64,000 nucleotides of DNA from an uncultured Eubacteriales bacterium (GTDB taxonomy: Bacteria > Acidobacteriota > Aminicenantia > Aminicenantales > Aminicenantaceae). The stretch's first letter is position 1, and every line of letters begins with the position of its first letter. Below are positions 10,072 to 20,151 of the stretch, piece after piece. The position numbers and the translations under genes were made by a program. Location of the stretch: assembly GCA_964540205.1 (NCBI GenBank), contig CAZIMJ010000163.1, positions 2,847-66,846 on the forward strand. The letters are read 5' to 3'. The notes beneath the pieces were generated by a model, which worked only from the letters and a program-made list of their open reading frames with translations, did no database searches and had not been told where the DNA came from.

Positions 10072-12361
10072 ATTCGTAGCGGAGGGCTTCTGAAGGATTG
10101 GAGAGCGAGACCTTAGCCGTCTGGTATACGACAGATAGAACCGCAAAAATCAGTGTGAGTAGACCTGTCACAATAAAGATCATCACTGAAATGTCAGTGG
10201 TGTATGCCCAGGCCCAATCCAGGAACCGTTCCAAAAGAATATATGTCAATGGCCAGGCTATGATGTTGGCCACAACGACCATTTTAAGAAATCCAAAAAG
10301 CAGCAAGCGGATGATCTCCGGGACAGAAGCTCCCAGCACTTTTCTAACACCGATCTCTTTGGTCCTTTTACCGACTGTATAGAATGCTACGGCCACAAGT
10401 CCCAGGCAAGAGATAAAGATCGCAAATATCCCGATCGCCCCAAAAACGGAATACATGCCCTCGATGTATCTGTAATTGGACTCAAACCTGGCATCCAGTG
10501 TGGAATAGCTGAAGGGAATCTCCGGATGGAGAACGCTCCATTTTCCCCTTATGAAATCGACAATTCCAACAACGGGCACATCAGATGTTTTCACAAGTAG
10601 ATACCCGAGATCCTCTTCTTCCATGTAGATCACCGACGGGCCGATCTTCCAGTGGGCATCGTCAAAAAGAAAATCTCTGGCAACGCCGATGACCGATCCT
10701 CTCTTCCCTCCAATGCGCATCTCTTTCCCGATCGGGTTCTCCCACTGGAGCTGCCGCACTGCCGTTTCGTTCAGGATCAAACTCTCCGAATCATTATATT
10801 CCTCAGAGAAACTCCGTCCTTCACGTATTTCCATCTCCAGAAGCTCTATAAAATCGTGATCCACACCGTAGGCCGACATGGTCCACGCCTCATTTTCATC
10901 ATATCCTTCTGGAATAACCTGACTACTCGGATTCCAGTTCACAGGGACATAACTCGCTGCAGAGATCATCTGAACATCCGGGTGCTTCGCTAATTCTTTC
11001 TTGAGTAGATCCAGCTTTTCCCTGGCTTCAGGTGGGATCGTCACGGTGATAATCCTCTCTCTACTAAAACCAGGATCCATTTTTAAAAGAAAGTTCAACT
11101 GCTGGCTTATTCCCACAGTAAAAACGATCATGAGGATAGACAGAACAAATTGAGAAACCACAAGTATCTTGCGGAAGAATCCGCCCCTACGACCAATCTG
11201 AACATTCCCCTTGAGAACCTGGTCTGGCTGAAAAGAAGACAGAAAAAAGGCAGGATGACTGCCAGCGAACAAGCCCAGCAGCACAACCCCCCCTAAAAGC
11301 AGCAGGCACAGCAGAGGATAATTCCACAGAGTGAGATTCACTTCAGGATTGACATAGGTTCGAAAAGAAAGCTCTAAAAGATAATACAAACCGACCGCAA
11401 GAGGGATGGAAATGAGAGACAAAATCACCGACTCTCCCAAAAACTGTTTGATCAGTTGGATTCTCCTGGCACCGACAACTTTGCGCATTCCGATCTCTTT
11501 TGTCCGTTGCATGTACCGGGCGGTGGAAAGATTCATGAAGTTGATGCAGACAACCAGAAGCAGCGCAAACGCCATCGCGATCAGAAAATAGGAGACTGAA
11601 AAAGGAGTCCCCTCGATTAGGTGGGAACGTAGATCCAAGCTTTCCACCTGTCTGCGAAAGTTTAGAAGGGCGAGCAAAAAAAGGCGCTTCGGTGAATCAG
11701 GAGAATCGGAAAAATATTTTCCCACGAACGTGGGAAATCTTTCTTCTAACTGACCGGGTGAGACTCCCTCCGGGAGCTTTATGAAGGTTGTCTGACTGTT
11801 GACTGCCCAATCGTCCATCCAACCATAGAGTTGCCGGGCTGTTTCCATGGACAAAAGAAAATCATATTTAATGGTGGAATTATAAGGAGGATTTTCTATA
11901 ACTCCTGTAACTGTAACATCGATCTTATTGTCGAGCGACAGGATTTTCCCAAGAGGGTCTCCATCGCCAAAATACTTCACTGCCGTATCCTCAGACAAGA
12001 AGATGGAATTGGGAGCGTCTAAAGAGGGAGAAGGGATTCCTTTTTTCATGTCAAAAGCAAAAAAGGACAGGAAATTCGTGTCCACCAAAAGAATATTGGT
12101 TTCATAAAACACGTGGTCGCTGCTCCTCACGATTGTTTTTCGACAGCGTGAGATGCGTGTGGAATCCTTGATCTCCGGGTATTCGCTGACCAAAGCAGGG
12201 AGCATCGGAGCTGGGATTATAGCTGTGTTCTGTTCCCCTTTATTCCCATAGGGGAGAACTTGAACAACCAAAAAAATCCTGTCAGCATTTTTGTGAAAAG
12301 TATCATAGCTGAAATTGAATCCCGTATAGATGACAGAGAGCATAAATACGGCGATCCCCAA
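10070..12361 (-). CDS. FtsX/MacB-like ABC-transporter permease, paralog 1 (dual FtsX domains, large periplasmic domain)
   Basis: 763 aa from TTG at 12361. The C-terminus …SLSNPSEALRYE is typical of this family. The N-terminal helix KNYLTVALRNIFRFK is encoded in-frame upstream (to 12445) but begins with ATA rather than ATG. Confidence 0.75.
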   Translation of the reverse strand: MGIAVFMLSVIYTGFNFSYDTFHKNADRIFLVVQVLPYGNKGEQNTAIIPAPMLPALVSEYPEIKDSTRISRCRKTIVRSSDHVFYETNILLVDTNFLSFFAFDMKKGIPSPSLDAPNSIFLSEDTAVKYFGDGDPLGKILSLDNKIDVTVTGVIENPPYNSTIKYDFLLSMETARQLYGWMDDWAVNSQTTFIKLPEGVSPGQLEERFPTFVGKYFSDSPDSPKRLFLLALLNFRRQVESLDLRSHLIEGTPFSVSYFLIAMAFALLLVVCINFMNLSTARYMQRTKEIGMRKVVGARRIQLIKQFLGESVILSLISIPLAVGLYYLLELSFRTYVNPEVNLTLWNYPLLCLLLLGGVVLLGLFAGSHPAFFLSSFQPDQVLKGNVQIGRRGGFFRKILVVSQFVLSILMIVFTVGISQQLNFLLKMDPGFSRERIITVTIPPEAREKLDLLKKELAKHPDVQMISAASYVPVNWNPSSQVIPEGYDENEAWTMSAYGVDHDFIELLEMEIREGRSFSEEYNDSESLILNETAVRQLQWENPIGKEMRIGGKRGSVIGVARDFLFDDAHWKIGPSVIYMEEEDLGYLLVKTSDVPVVGIVDFIRGKWSVLHPEIPFSYSTLDARFESNYRYIEGMYSVFGAIGIFAIFISCLGLVAVAFYTVGKRTKEIGVRKVLGASVPEIIRLLLFGFLKMVVVANIIAWPLTYILLERFLDWAWAYTTDISVMIFIVTGLLTLIFAVLSVVYQTAKVSLSNPSEALRYE

Positions 12362-12540
12362 GGCCAGGCCAAAAATTATCAGAAGTGAATAAGCCTTAAA
12401 ACGAAAGATATTCCTCAGGGCGACTGTTAGATAGTTCTTAAATATTGATATATCTCCTCAGGGCAGAACGATCCATCTAAATATCCATACAGGAATTATG
12501 AGCGAATAGTTCCATGGAAAATAAAAATGGGAGGAAAAGA

Positions 12541-12645
12541 GGGACGGGCCACACTAACATATTGATAATCCTATAATTACGGTTTTTTTTGCCTCAAAAA
12601 ACGCCTTAGAAGCCTAATTTCCATAGCAAAATATAAATTCTAACA
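12541..12645 (-). repeat. Conserved ~105-nt upstream element, copy 2 (upstream of FtsX permease paralog 1)
   Basis: About 88% identical to 9861..9965. Confidence 0.7.
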
Positions 12646-12716
12646 ATAAATTAGATTATTTAAGTTTTATCGGCTAGAATGGAGAGGGAAAATGTAGTGT
12701 AGTTTCGTATCAGAGA

Positions 12717-13733
12717 ATGAAGGAAATTCCGACCTTTTTCACTCTTTTTTTAATCCTGTTCTTACACCTACCGACGTCACCTGCCTTCTCTCTGATAGAT
12801 ACACACGATAAATTAGGGGGAAACACGATGGAATCCAAGCCTCTCCTCCCGAAAACCGTAGGGATCTGGACTAGACCCGAATCACCCAACCTCATCAATG
12901 CTAAAAATATATTCGATTACATGGATGGAGCGGGCGAACTCTATCTCGCATATCGATTTGCCCATCTTGAATCCTATGAATATCAAGCGGAAACCCAAAA
13001 AGAGATCCTTGTTGAGTTGTATTATATGGAATCCTCGGACGATGCTTTTGGTTTGCTTTCCTTGGATTGGGGAGGAGAACCTTTGGAATTGCTCGTCTCG
13101 TCTTCAGAATATACTTCAACTGACAAACATCCGTGGCCAAGAGCCCTATATGGTGAAGGACTCCTACGCATCTGGTCGGATAATATCTATGCAAGAGTCA
13201 TGGCCACCCAGGAGACGCCAGAATCAAAACAGGCCGTTCTCGAGCTCGGAAGCACGATTGTCACAGGCCGAACCAATCCGCCTGCACCCGAACTGATGAA
13301 GGATCTCCCAAGCGCACTCCACCAAAACTGGATGCTTCGCAAAGATAGAGCCGCATATCTCCGCTCCCATCTGGTTCTAAACTCGCTGTACTATCTTGGC
13401 CACGAAAATATGCTCGACCTCAATCACACGACAGAAGCAGTTACAGCTCCATATGAAAAGATGGATTCATCAGAGAGCCGCTCCCGAATCCAGCTCCTTA
13501 CCGTGAAATACTCTAATCCTGAACAAGCAAAAAACGCACTCGCCCATTTTCACCGAGCCTATCTTCCGGACCATCCGCTCGAAAAGCGCTCAATATCCTC
13601 TGAAGTCTTGAAGAAAACTTTTCCCATTGAAGACGGATGGATAGGATATAAATTACATGAGAACACCCTCTCATTCATTTTTGAATGTCCCGACCAGGAA
13701 ACGGCCAGGACAATAATCAATCAAATCAAATAA
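12717..13733 (+). CDS. Hypothetical secreted protein
   Basis: 338-aa ORF with a hydrophobic N-terminus (FFTLFLILFLHL). No recognised domain. Confidence 0.35.
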   Translation: MKEIPTFFTLFLILFLHLPTSPAFSLIDTHDKLGGNTMESKPLLPKTVGIWTRPESPNLINAKNIFDYMDGAGELYLAYRFAHLESYEYQAETQKEILVELYYMESSDDAFGLLSLDWGGEPLELLVSSSEYTSTDKHPWPRALYGEGLLRIWSDNIYARVMATQETPESKQAVLELGSTIVTGRTNPPAPELMKDLPSALHQNWMLRKDRAAYLRSHLVLNSLYYLGHENMLDLNHTTEAVTAPYEKMDSSESRSRIQLLTVKYSNPEQAKNALAHFHRAYLPDHPLEKRSISSEVLKKTFPIEDGWIGYKLHENTLSFIFECPDQETARTIINQIK

Positions 13734-13757
13734 CACGACACGAATAGGAGGTATAAC

Positions 13758-14642
13758 ATGCATCATAAGGGAAAGGGACTGACGCGAAGAGATTTTCTCC
13801 GCGGCACGATAGGTGCGACTCTGGGCGCATCCATCATGGGGCCCAAGTTTGTAGTTGCGGGAAGGAAACCGGCGGGCTCGAGCCTGGTGACCATTGTCCG
13901 CGACCAAAATGCTATGGATTCAAGCAATGCCGTCGATCCGGCAGTCCTGAAGACCATCCTCAATGAGACACTTATCAAATGTACTGGACAAAAAACTCCA
14001 AAGGACGCCTGGAACAGCTTTCTCAAACCCAACGACACCATAGGTCTTGTGCCCACACCACATCTCAATCCCACTCATCAAGAGTTAGTGGATGCGGTAA
14101 AAGGTTCGCTCATCGAGGCCGGCTTCCCCGAAGGAAAAATTCGTGATGCCCAGGGAGGGCCAGACAAACCTAAGCCATGCACGGCTCTCATCGGGCTTCC
14201 AGGACTCAAAGCTCACTGGCTAACCGGAATAGGCACAGTCATGAAACTCTACATCATGTACTCGGGAAGTCCAAGAAACTATCATGATGAGAACAGCGCC
14301 AAACTGGGAGAGATTTGGAACCTTCCAATGGTGAAAGGAAAAACCAAGCTGATGTTGGTCGATGCTCTTCATCCTCTCTGTGACAAAGGGCCCCAAGTGG
14401 ATCCTCGATACAAATGGGCCTACAATGGCTTGATCGCAGGAACGGATCCAGTCGCTGTAGAAACAGTCTGCCTCCGAATCATCATGGAAAAAAGGAAAGC
14501 CATGCGAGGAGAACCCTGGCCGCTCTCACCGCCCCCATTGTGTGTCGAAGCCGCTGATAAAGTCTATGGATTGGGCACGAGCAACTGGGACAACATCAAA
14601 GTCGAAACCTACGGTTGGGAGGAGGATTTACTTCTCGGATAG
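13758..14642 (+). CDS. Tat-signal protein, probably DUF362 family
   Basis: Tat motif TRRDFLRGTIGATLGAS. The segments LKPNDTIGLV… and LIGLPGLKAHWLTGIG resemble DUF362 signatures. Confidence 0.45.
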   Translation: MHHKGKGLTRRDFLRGTIGATLGASIMGPKFVVAGRKPAGSSLVTIVRDQNAMDSSNAVDPAVLKTILNETLIKCTGQKTPKDAWNSFLKPNDTIGLVPTPHLNPTHQELVDAVKGSLIEAGFPEGKIRDAQGGPDKPKPCTALIGLPGLKAHWLTGIGTVMKLYIMYSGSPRNYHDENSAKLGEIWNLPMVKGKTKLMLVDALHPLCDKGPQVDPRYKWAYNGLIAGTDPVAVETVCLRIIMEKRKAMRGEPWPLSPPPLCVEAADKVYGLGTSNWDNIKVETYGWEEDLLLG

Positions 14643-14830
14643 ACAACAATTTCCAGCAAAAAAACCAAACGGAGGAGCAAATCGTATAACATATCGTATG
14701 ACTCATATTCTTTTGTAATTCTTTAGCATTTCATTTATGATATTGCCTTTAAATTCGGTACTATAATTTGGTTCAAGAACTAAAAATGCTTTGTATCTAT
14801 TTTGCTCAATCCTACTAGGAGGTCATCTCC

Positions 14831-17800
14831 ATGAAGAAATGGTCAATTTTTTTCTTGTTTGGATTTGCGTTGATTTTGTTAGCCCATCCAGTATCGGCTG
14901 ACGAGGCCCGATTGCTACGGGAACCAACAGTCCACGCAGATCAGATCGCCTTTGTCTATGCCAATGACATCTGGATCGTCCCTAGATCCGGCGGTGATGC
15001 CCAGAGACTCACGACACACAACGGGACTGAGATAAGCCCTGTATTTTCCCCTGATGGAAAATATATCGCGTTTTCCGGCCAGTACGACGGAAACACCGAT
15101 GTCTATATAGTGCCTGCGGAAGGTGGCGAACCCAAACGTCTGACATACCACCCATATAGTGACATAGTCAGAGGGTGGACTCCCGACGGAAAGAGAGTCC
15201 TCTTTTCATCGGGACGAGATACAGTCCCCATCCCTTTCAATCGCTTGTGGACGATCTCCACCGATGGAGGGATGCCAGAGCCAATGCCCCTTCCCATGGC
15301 GGATAAAGGAGTGTACTCCCCCGATGGTAAACGGATGGCTTATGTCCGTTTGCCAAACGCAACAACCACATGGCGCCATTACAGGGGTGGCCAGACAAAT
15401 GCGGTCTGGCTTATCGATTTGGACGATTTCGACCTGGAAAAAATCCCCCGCGAAAATAGCAATGACACCGATCCCATTTGGATGGACGACGCCGTTTATT
15501 TCATCTCTGACCGCAACCACACAACTAATCTGTTCTCTTATGATGTGAACAGCAAAGAAGTGAAGCAGCACACATATCATGAAGACTATGACGTAAAGCG
15601 GGCTCGAGCAGGTGGAGGCGTTATCGTCTATGAACAGGCTGGCTACCTCCATATCTATGATCCTTCATCCGGACAATCCTCTCAGCTTCATGTGGAAATT
15701 CGAGGAGACCTTCAAGGACTAAGACCCCATTTTGCTAAGGTCTCTAATCTCATAAAAAGCGCGGACATCTCGCCCACGGGTGTAAGAGCTGTGATCGAAG
15801 CCCGTGGGGATATTTTCACCGTTCCCGCAAAAAAGGGCGATGCGCGCAACCTCACCCAAAGCCCTGGTGCCAACGACCGCTACCCCACTTGGGCGCCCGA
15901 TGGAACAAAGATCGCTTATTTCTCTGACGAAAGCGGCGAGTATGAACTGAAGATTATCGACCAAAAAGGACATATACCAGCCCGCAGCATCGCATTGGAG
16001 AATCCCTCTTTTTATTACCAGCCAGTTTGGTCGCCGGATTCGAAAAAAATCGCGTTTGCGGACAAGCGCCTCAATCTCTGGTTTATGGAAATGGCAAGCG
16101 GAAAGGTCACCAAGATCGACAAGGACACTTATGACCATCCTAACCGTTCTCTCGATCAAGTTTGGTCGCCGGATTCCAAATGGATCGCCTATTCCAAGCG
16201 GTTGGATAACTACATGCACGCCCTTTTTCTTTATTCCTTGGAGAAGGGAAAATCATTTCAGCTAACAGATGGGCTCAGCGATGCTATCTCCCCGGCATTT
16301 GATGCAGGAGGAAAGTATCTCTATTTTCTCGCTAGCACAAATTTCGCACTCAATACAGGATGGTTGGATATGTCATCATTTGAGCGGCCATTCACACGAG
16401 GAGTCTATCTGGTTGTTCTTAGCGCTGAAGACCCCTCCCCTCTTCTCCCTGAAAGTGATGAAGAGGAAGCTGAAAAGGACGAGGAAGATAAGGAAGAATC
16501 GAACAAGATCAAGCCAGAAAAAGAGGACAAGGGAAAACAAGAGGATAAAGCAAAGGATAAGAAAAAAGAAGTCAGTGTGCGCATCGATCTCAAAGGCATC
16601 GACCAGCGTATTCTGGCGGTAGACATCCCGCTTCGCAATTACAATCAACTGAAGACGGCATCGGAAGGAGTTTTTTTCTATGCAGAAGATATTCCCAATC
16701 AAGAGGGGGTGTCTCTTCATAAATACGACTTGAAAAAGCGGGAATCCACGCCATTTATGTCCGGAATTTCGGGCTATACGCTTTCCGCGGATGGAAAGAA
16801 GCTCTTTTATTCGGCCCAGAAGACATTCGGCATCGTCGACGCAACCAAAAAGTCCAAAGTGGGAGACGGCAAGATCAAGACAGAGGATCTCCAGATGCGC
16901 GTAGATCCAGTGGCTGAATGGCAACAGATCTATCACGAAGGCTGGCGCATCAATAGAGACTACCTCTATGATGTCAAAATGCACGGCGCAAATTGGGAGG
17001 CCATGTACGCGAAGTACAAACCCTTTCTGAAACATGTGGCGCATCGTTCCGATTTGAGCTACATCCTCCAGAACCTGATAGGAGAGCTGACCATCGGCCA
17101 CTCCTGGGCTGCCGGTGGAGCACTTCCCAGGGTTGATAGGGTTCCTGTGGGCCTGCTTGGAGCTGATTATGTGATCGAAAATGGATACTACAAAATCGCC
17201 AAAATATTCACAGGGGAGAATTGGAATCCTGACTTGAAGGCTCCACTAACTGCACCGGGACTGAATGTGAAAGAAGGGGATTTTATCCTGGAAGTGGACG
17301 GGCTCGAGCTTAAAGCTCCTTCAAATCTGTATCGGCTTTTCGAGGGGACAACAGAGAAGCAGACGACTATCAGAATCAATGACAAGCCCACGAAGGAAGG
17401 ATCCCGTCTCATCATAGTGGTTCCGATAGGCAGCGAATGGCAGTTGAGAACACGAAACTGGATCGAAGATAACCGCCGCAAGGTGGATAAAATGTCTAAT
17501 GGCCGCTTGGCTTATGTCTATTTGCCGAACACCGCTGAAGATGGCTATGTGAATTTCAACCGGTATTACTTTGCTCAGCAGGATAAGCAGGGCGCCGTCA
17601 TCGACGAGAGATTTAACGGAGGAGGATCAGCGGCCGACTATTTTGTGGACTTGATGTCAAGGCCGCTGATGAATTATTTCGCAACAAGAGATGGAAAAGA
17701 ATCTCCAACTCCCACAGCTCAAATTTTCGGCCCCAAAGTGATGCTCATCAATGAGTGGGCAGGTTCGGGAGGAGATGCACTCCCTTATTATTTTCGGTTC

Positions 17801-18115
17801 CGAAAGATCGGGCCGCTGATCGGGAAGACAACATGGGGTGGCTTGGTCGGCCATCACGGCGGAGTGGATTTGATCGATGGGGGTTTCATCTCATCGCCGA
17901 ATCTTGCATTCTATAACATCGAGGGAGAATGGGATGTGGAGAATGAGGGTGTGCCCCCGGATATTGATATCGAGATGACACCGGCGTTTGTAATCCAAGG
18001 GAGAGATCCGCAGTTGGAGAGAGCCGTGGAGGAGGCCCTTAGGCTCCTCGAACAAGACCCTTTTAAGCACACACCGCGTCCGTTACCCATCGACCGCGTC
18101 TCGAAGAAAAAATAG
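14831..18115 (+). CDS. Tricorn protease homolog (TolB-like beta-propellers + PDZ + S41 C-terminal peptidase domain)
   Basis: 1094 aa with RBS aggagg. Repeated WSPDGK/SPDSKKIAF propeller motifs. C-terminal S41-like region (…RFNGGGSAADYF…). K/E-rich low-complexity insert near residues 535-585. Confidence 0.7.
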   Translation: MKKWSIFFLFGFALILLAHPVSADEARLLREPTVHADQIAFVYANDIWIVPRSGGDAQRLTTHNGTEISPVFSPDGKYIAFSGQYDGNTDVYIVPAEGGEPKRLTYHPYSDIVRGWTPDGKRVLFSSGRDTVPIPFNRLWTISTDGGMPEPMPLPMADKGVYSPDGKRMAYVRLPNATTTWRHYRGGQTNAVWLIDLDDFDLEKIPRENSNDTDPIWMDDAVYFISDRNHTTNLFSYDVNSKEVKQHTYHEDYDVKRARAGGGVIVYEQAGYLHIYDPSSGQSSQLHVEIRGDLQGLRPHFAKVSNLIKSADISPTGVRAVIEARGDIFTVPAKKGDARNLTQSPGANDRYPTWAPDGTKIAYFSDESGEYELKIIDQKGHIPARSIALENPSFYYQPVWSPDSKKIAFADKRLNLWFMEMASGKVTKIDKDTYDHPNRSLDQVWSPDSKWIAYSKRLDNYMHALFLYSLEKGKSFQLTDGLSDAISPAFDAGGKYLYFLASTNFALNTGWLDMSSFERPFTRGVYLVVLSAEDPSPLLPESDEEEAEKDEEDKEESNKIKPEKEDKGKQEDKAKDKKKEVSVRIDLKGIDQRILAVDIPLRNYNQLKTASEGVFFYAEDIPNQEGVSLHKYDLKKRESTPFMSGISGYTLSADGKKLFYSAQKTFGIVDATKKSKVGDGKIKTEDLQMRVDPVAEWQQIYHEGWRINRDYLYDVKMHGANWEAMYAKYKPFLKHVAHRSDLSYILQNLIGELTIGHSWAAGGALPRVDRVPVGLLGADYVIENGYYKIAKIFTGENWNPDLKAPLTAPGLNVKEGDFILEVDGLELKAPSNLYRLFEGTTEKQTTIRINDKPTKEGSRLIIVVPIGSEWQLRTRNWIEDNRRKVDKMSNGRLAYVYLPNTAEDGYVNFNRYYFAQQDKQGAVIDERFNGGGSAADYFVDLMSRPLMNYFATRDGKESPTPTAQIFGPKVMLINEWAGSGGDALPYYFRFRKIGPLIGKTTWGGLVGHHGGVDLIDGGFISSPNLAFYNIEGEWDVENEGVPPDIDIEMTPAFVIQGRDPQLERAVEEALRLLEQDPFKHTPRPLPIDRVSKKK

Positions 18116-18175
18116 GATTTGTGGACTGTCACCTTTTTCCAGAGGTAAATATAAAAGTAGCCTGTCCTCTTTTAT

Positions 18176-20146
18176 TTATTCGATGATGATTTCGTCGCAG
18201 AAGAGCCAGGCTTTTCCGCCCGCTCCAGGGTGCCAGTCAGGGCAAATCCCCACATTCCTGGCTTTGATTCGAACATAGCGGGCTCTCATATCAGGAAGGT
18301 CAGTGACATAATCCTTGAATTGCGACTGGGAATTTCTAACTAAAGCTTTATCTCTGATGTGTTGGATCAGATCGAAAGTCTTACCATCTCTGGATATGGA
18401 AATTTCAACAACCCTGGGTAAGAATATCCAAACATACTGATTCTCTAAAAATCCACAAGTGATACGCTTCAGAGGTATCACATCACCAAGGTCGACAATT
18501 GCTTCAAGGTCATCTCCTTCGAATCCCTGCCAGGATCCATCATTATGAAAAGTGGAGCCTCGAATGCCATCGATCAGAGCCAATTCTCCACTGGCAACAT
18601 ACATGGGGCTGTAAGGCATTGAAAGATCGATCGCCTTGTTCAATGCGAGATGTTGCACTTTCTGTTTTTTGTGAAGCCACCTCATGCCACCCGCTCTCAC
18701 ATTTTTTCCCACCCTTCCCGTTAGGCTATCGCCCAGGTCGTGCCTGGCTTTCTCCGCCAAATCTTGAAGCTCCCTAACGATATCCGGATGTTGGACAGCG
18801 ACATCCAATGTCTCACCGACATCCCTTTCCAAATCATAAAGCTCCAATCCTGTCTGGGCAAAATTATAGGGGCCAGGATAACCATCTGCCCCGGGGACGA
18901 CACCTCTGTAGGAATTGAATCCGTGTGGAAAAAAGAGCTTCCATCGTCCCTTTCGAACCGCCCGCAGAGCTCTTCCATAGTAGAAGAAAAAATGATCGCG
19001 AGGATTAGCATCCTCTTCGGCTTCCATTAGAGGCAAAATATTTATACCGTCGATCGGAATTTTTGGGAGTGGCGCACCAACGATCGCGGCGAGTGTGGGC
19101 AATACATCGATGGTAGCGGCCATTTTATCGCAGATAGTGCCCGCTGGGATCCGTCCGGTCCAGCGCATGATGCACGGCACACGGACGCCTCCCTCCCAGG
19201 CTGTGCCTTTCGCTTCGCGGAGAGGATAGGCAGATCCTGCATGGTTTCCAAAATTCAGCCACGGCCCGTTGTCGCTGGCGAATATGACTAATGTGTTCTC
19301 CTCTAAGTCGTATCTTTTCAATGCTTTTAAGGTCTCACCGACCGACCAATCGATCTCCATGATGACATCACCATACATGCCTTGTGTGCTCATGCCCTTG
19401 AATTTATCAGAGACGCCGAGCGGTACGTGTGCCATGGAATGAGGAACGTAGAGAAAAAATGGACGATCTTTATTACGGTCAATAAAGCGCACAGCTCGTT
19501 CTGTGTATTGGGTTGTCAGCGTGCTTTGGTCATCAAGGGTAAGGATCTCCGCCACTTTTTTATTGCTCTCAAAGAGCGGCAATACAGGATAGAACAGTTT
19601 TCCGGCTTTTTCACCTCGGTCCTCCTCTGTGAGAGGATGGCCGCCGTAATCCACGGGCCACATGTCGTTTGAATAGGGAAGACCAAAATACTCATCAAAG
19701 CCGTGTTGCATGGGGAGAAATTCTTTGTGATGGCCGAGGTGCCATTTGCCGAATATGGCTGTCGCATATCCTTTCTTCTTGAGGAGCTCAGCGATCGTCT
19801 CTTCATCTGGATGAAGTCCGTTTTCAGCCCAAGGCATAAGGGCGCCTCGAATACCAACGCGTTCGGCATAACAGCCTGTCAAAAGCGATGCCCGAGAGGC
19901 GCTGCAGACGGCCTGCGAAACGTAAAAGCTTGTGAATCGCATGCCCTCTTCTGCCATTTGGTCCAAGTTGGGCGTCGTAAATCCTTCCGCTCCGTAGCAT
20001 CCCACATCCGCATAACCTTGATCGTCCGTGAATATTATCACCACATTAGGAAGGCGCTCAGCTTCTTTTCTGCATCCAGGGATCATGGCAACAAAAAGGA
20101 TGCAGAAAAATGTGATCAGACGTCGCAGATTTTTAATATTAATCAC
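18176..20146 (-). CDS. Cys-type arylsulfatase lipoprotein with C-terminal F5/8-type-C (discoidin)-like domain
   Basis: Lipobox MIPGC. Sulfatase motif CSASRASLLTG and GKWHLG. C-terminal ~150 aa discoidin-like. Confidence 0.8.
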   Translation of the reverse strand: MINIKNLRRLITFFCILFVAMIPGCRKEAERLPNVVIIFTDDQGYADVGCYGAEGFTTPNLDQMAEEGMRFTSFYVSQAVCSASRASLLTGCYAERVGIRGALMPWAENGLHPDEETIAELLKKKGYATAIFGKWHLGHHKEFLPMQHGFDEYFGLPYSNDMWPVDYGGHPLTEEDRGEKAGKLFYPVLPLFESNKKVAEILTLDDQSTLTTQYTERAVRFIDRNKDRPFFLYVPHSMAHVPLGVSDKFKGMSTQGMYGDVIMEIDWSVGETLKALKRYDLEENTLVIFASDNGPWLNFGNHAGSAYPLREAKGTAWEGGVRVPCIMRWTGRIPAGTICDKMAATIDVLPTLAAIVGAPLPKIPIDGINILPLMEAEEDANPRDHFFFYYGRALRAVRKGRWKLFFPHGFNSYRGVVPGADGYPGPYNFAQTGLELYDLERDVGETLDVAVQHPDIVRELQDLAEKARHDLGDSLTGRVGKNVRAGGMRWLHKKQKVQHLALNKAIDLSMPYSPMYVASGELALIDGIRGSTFHNDGSWQGFEGDDLEAIVDLGDVIPLKRITCGFLENQYVWIFLPRVVEISISRDGKTFDLIQHIRDKALVRNSQSQFKDYVTDLPDMRARYVRIKARNVGICPDWHPGAGGKAWLFCDEIIIE

Positions 20147-20151
20147 CTATT

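Noticed and set aside
9886-10146. 86-aa minus-strand ORF
   Set aside because: It spans the intrinsic terminator hairpin and the conserved ~105-nt non-coding element. It is low-complexity with no RBS, so it is not a gene.
16376-17101. 241-aa and 77-aa antisense ORFs (Ser/Leu-rich) inside the tricorn gene
   Set aside because: They are antisense shadows of the K/E-rich coding region. The sense strand has strong domain evidence.
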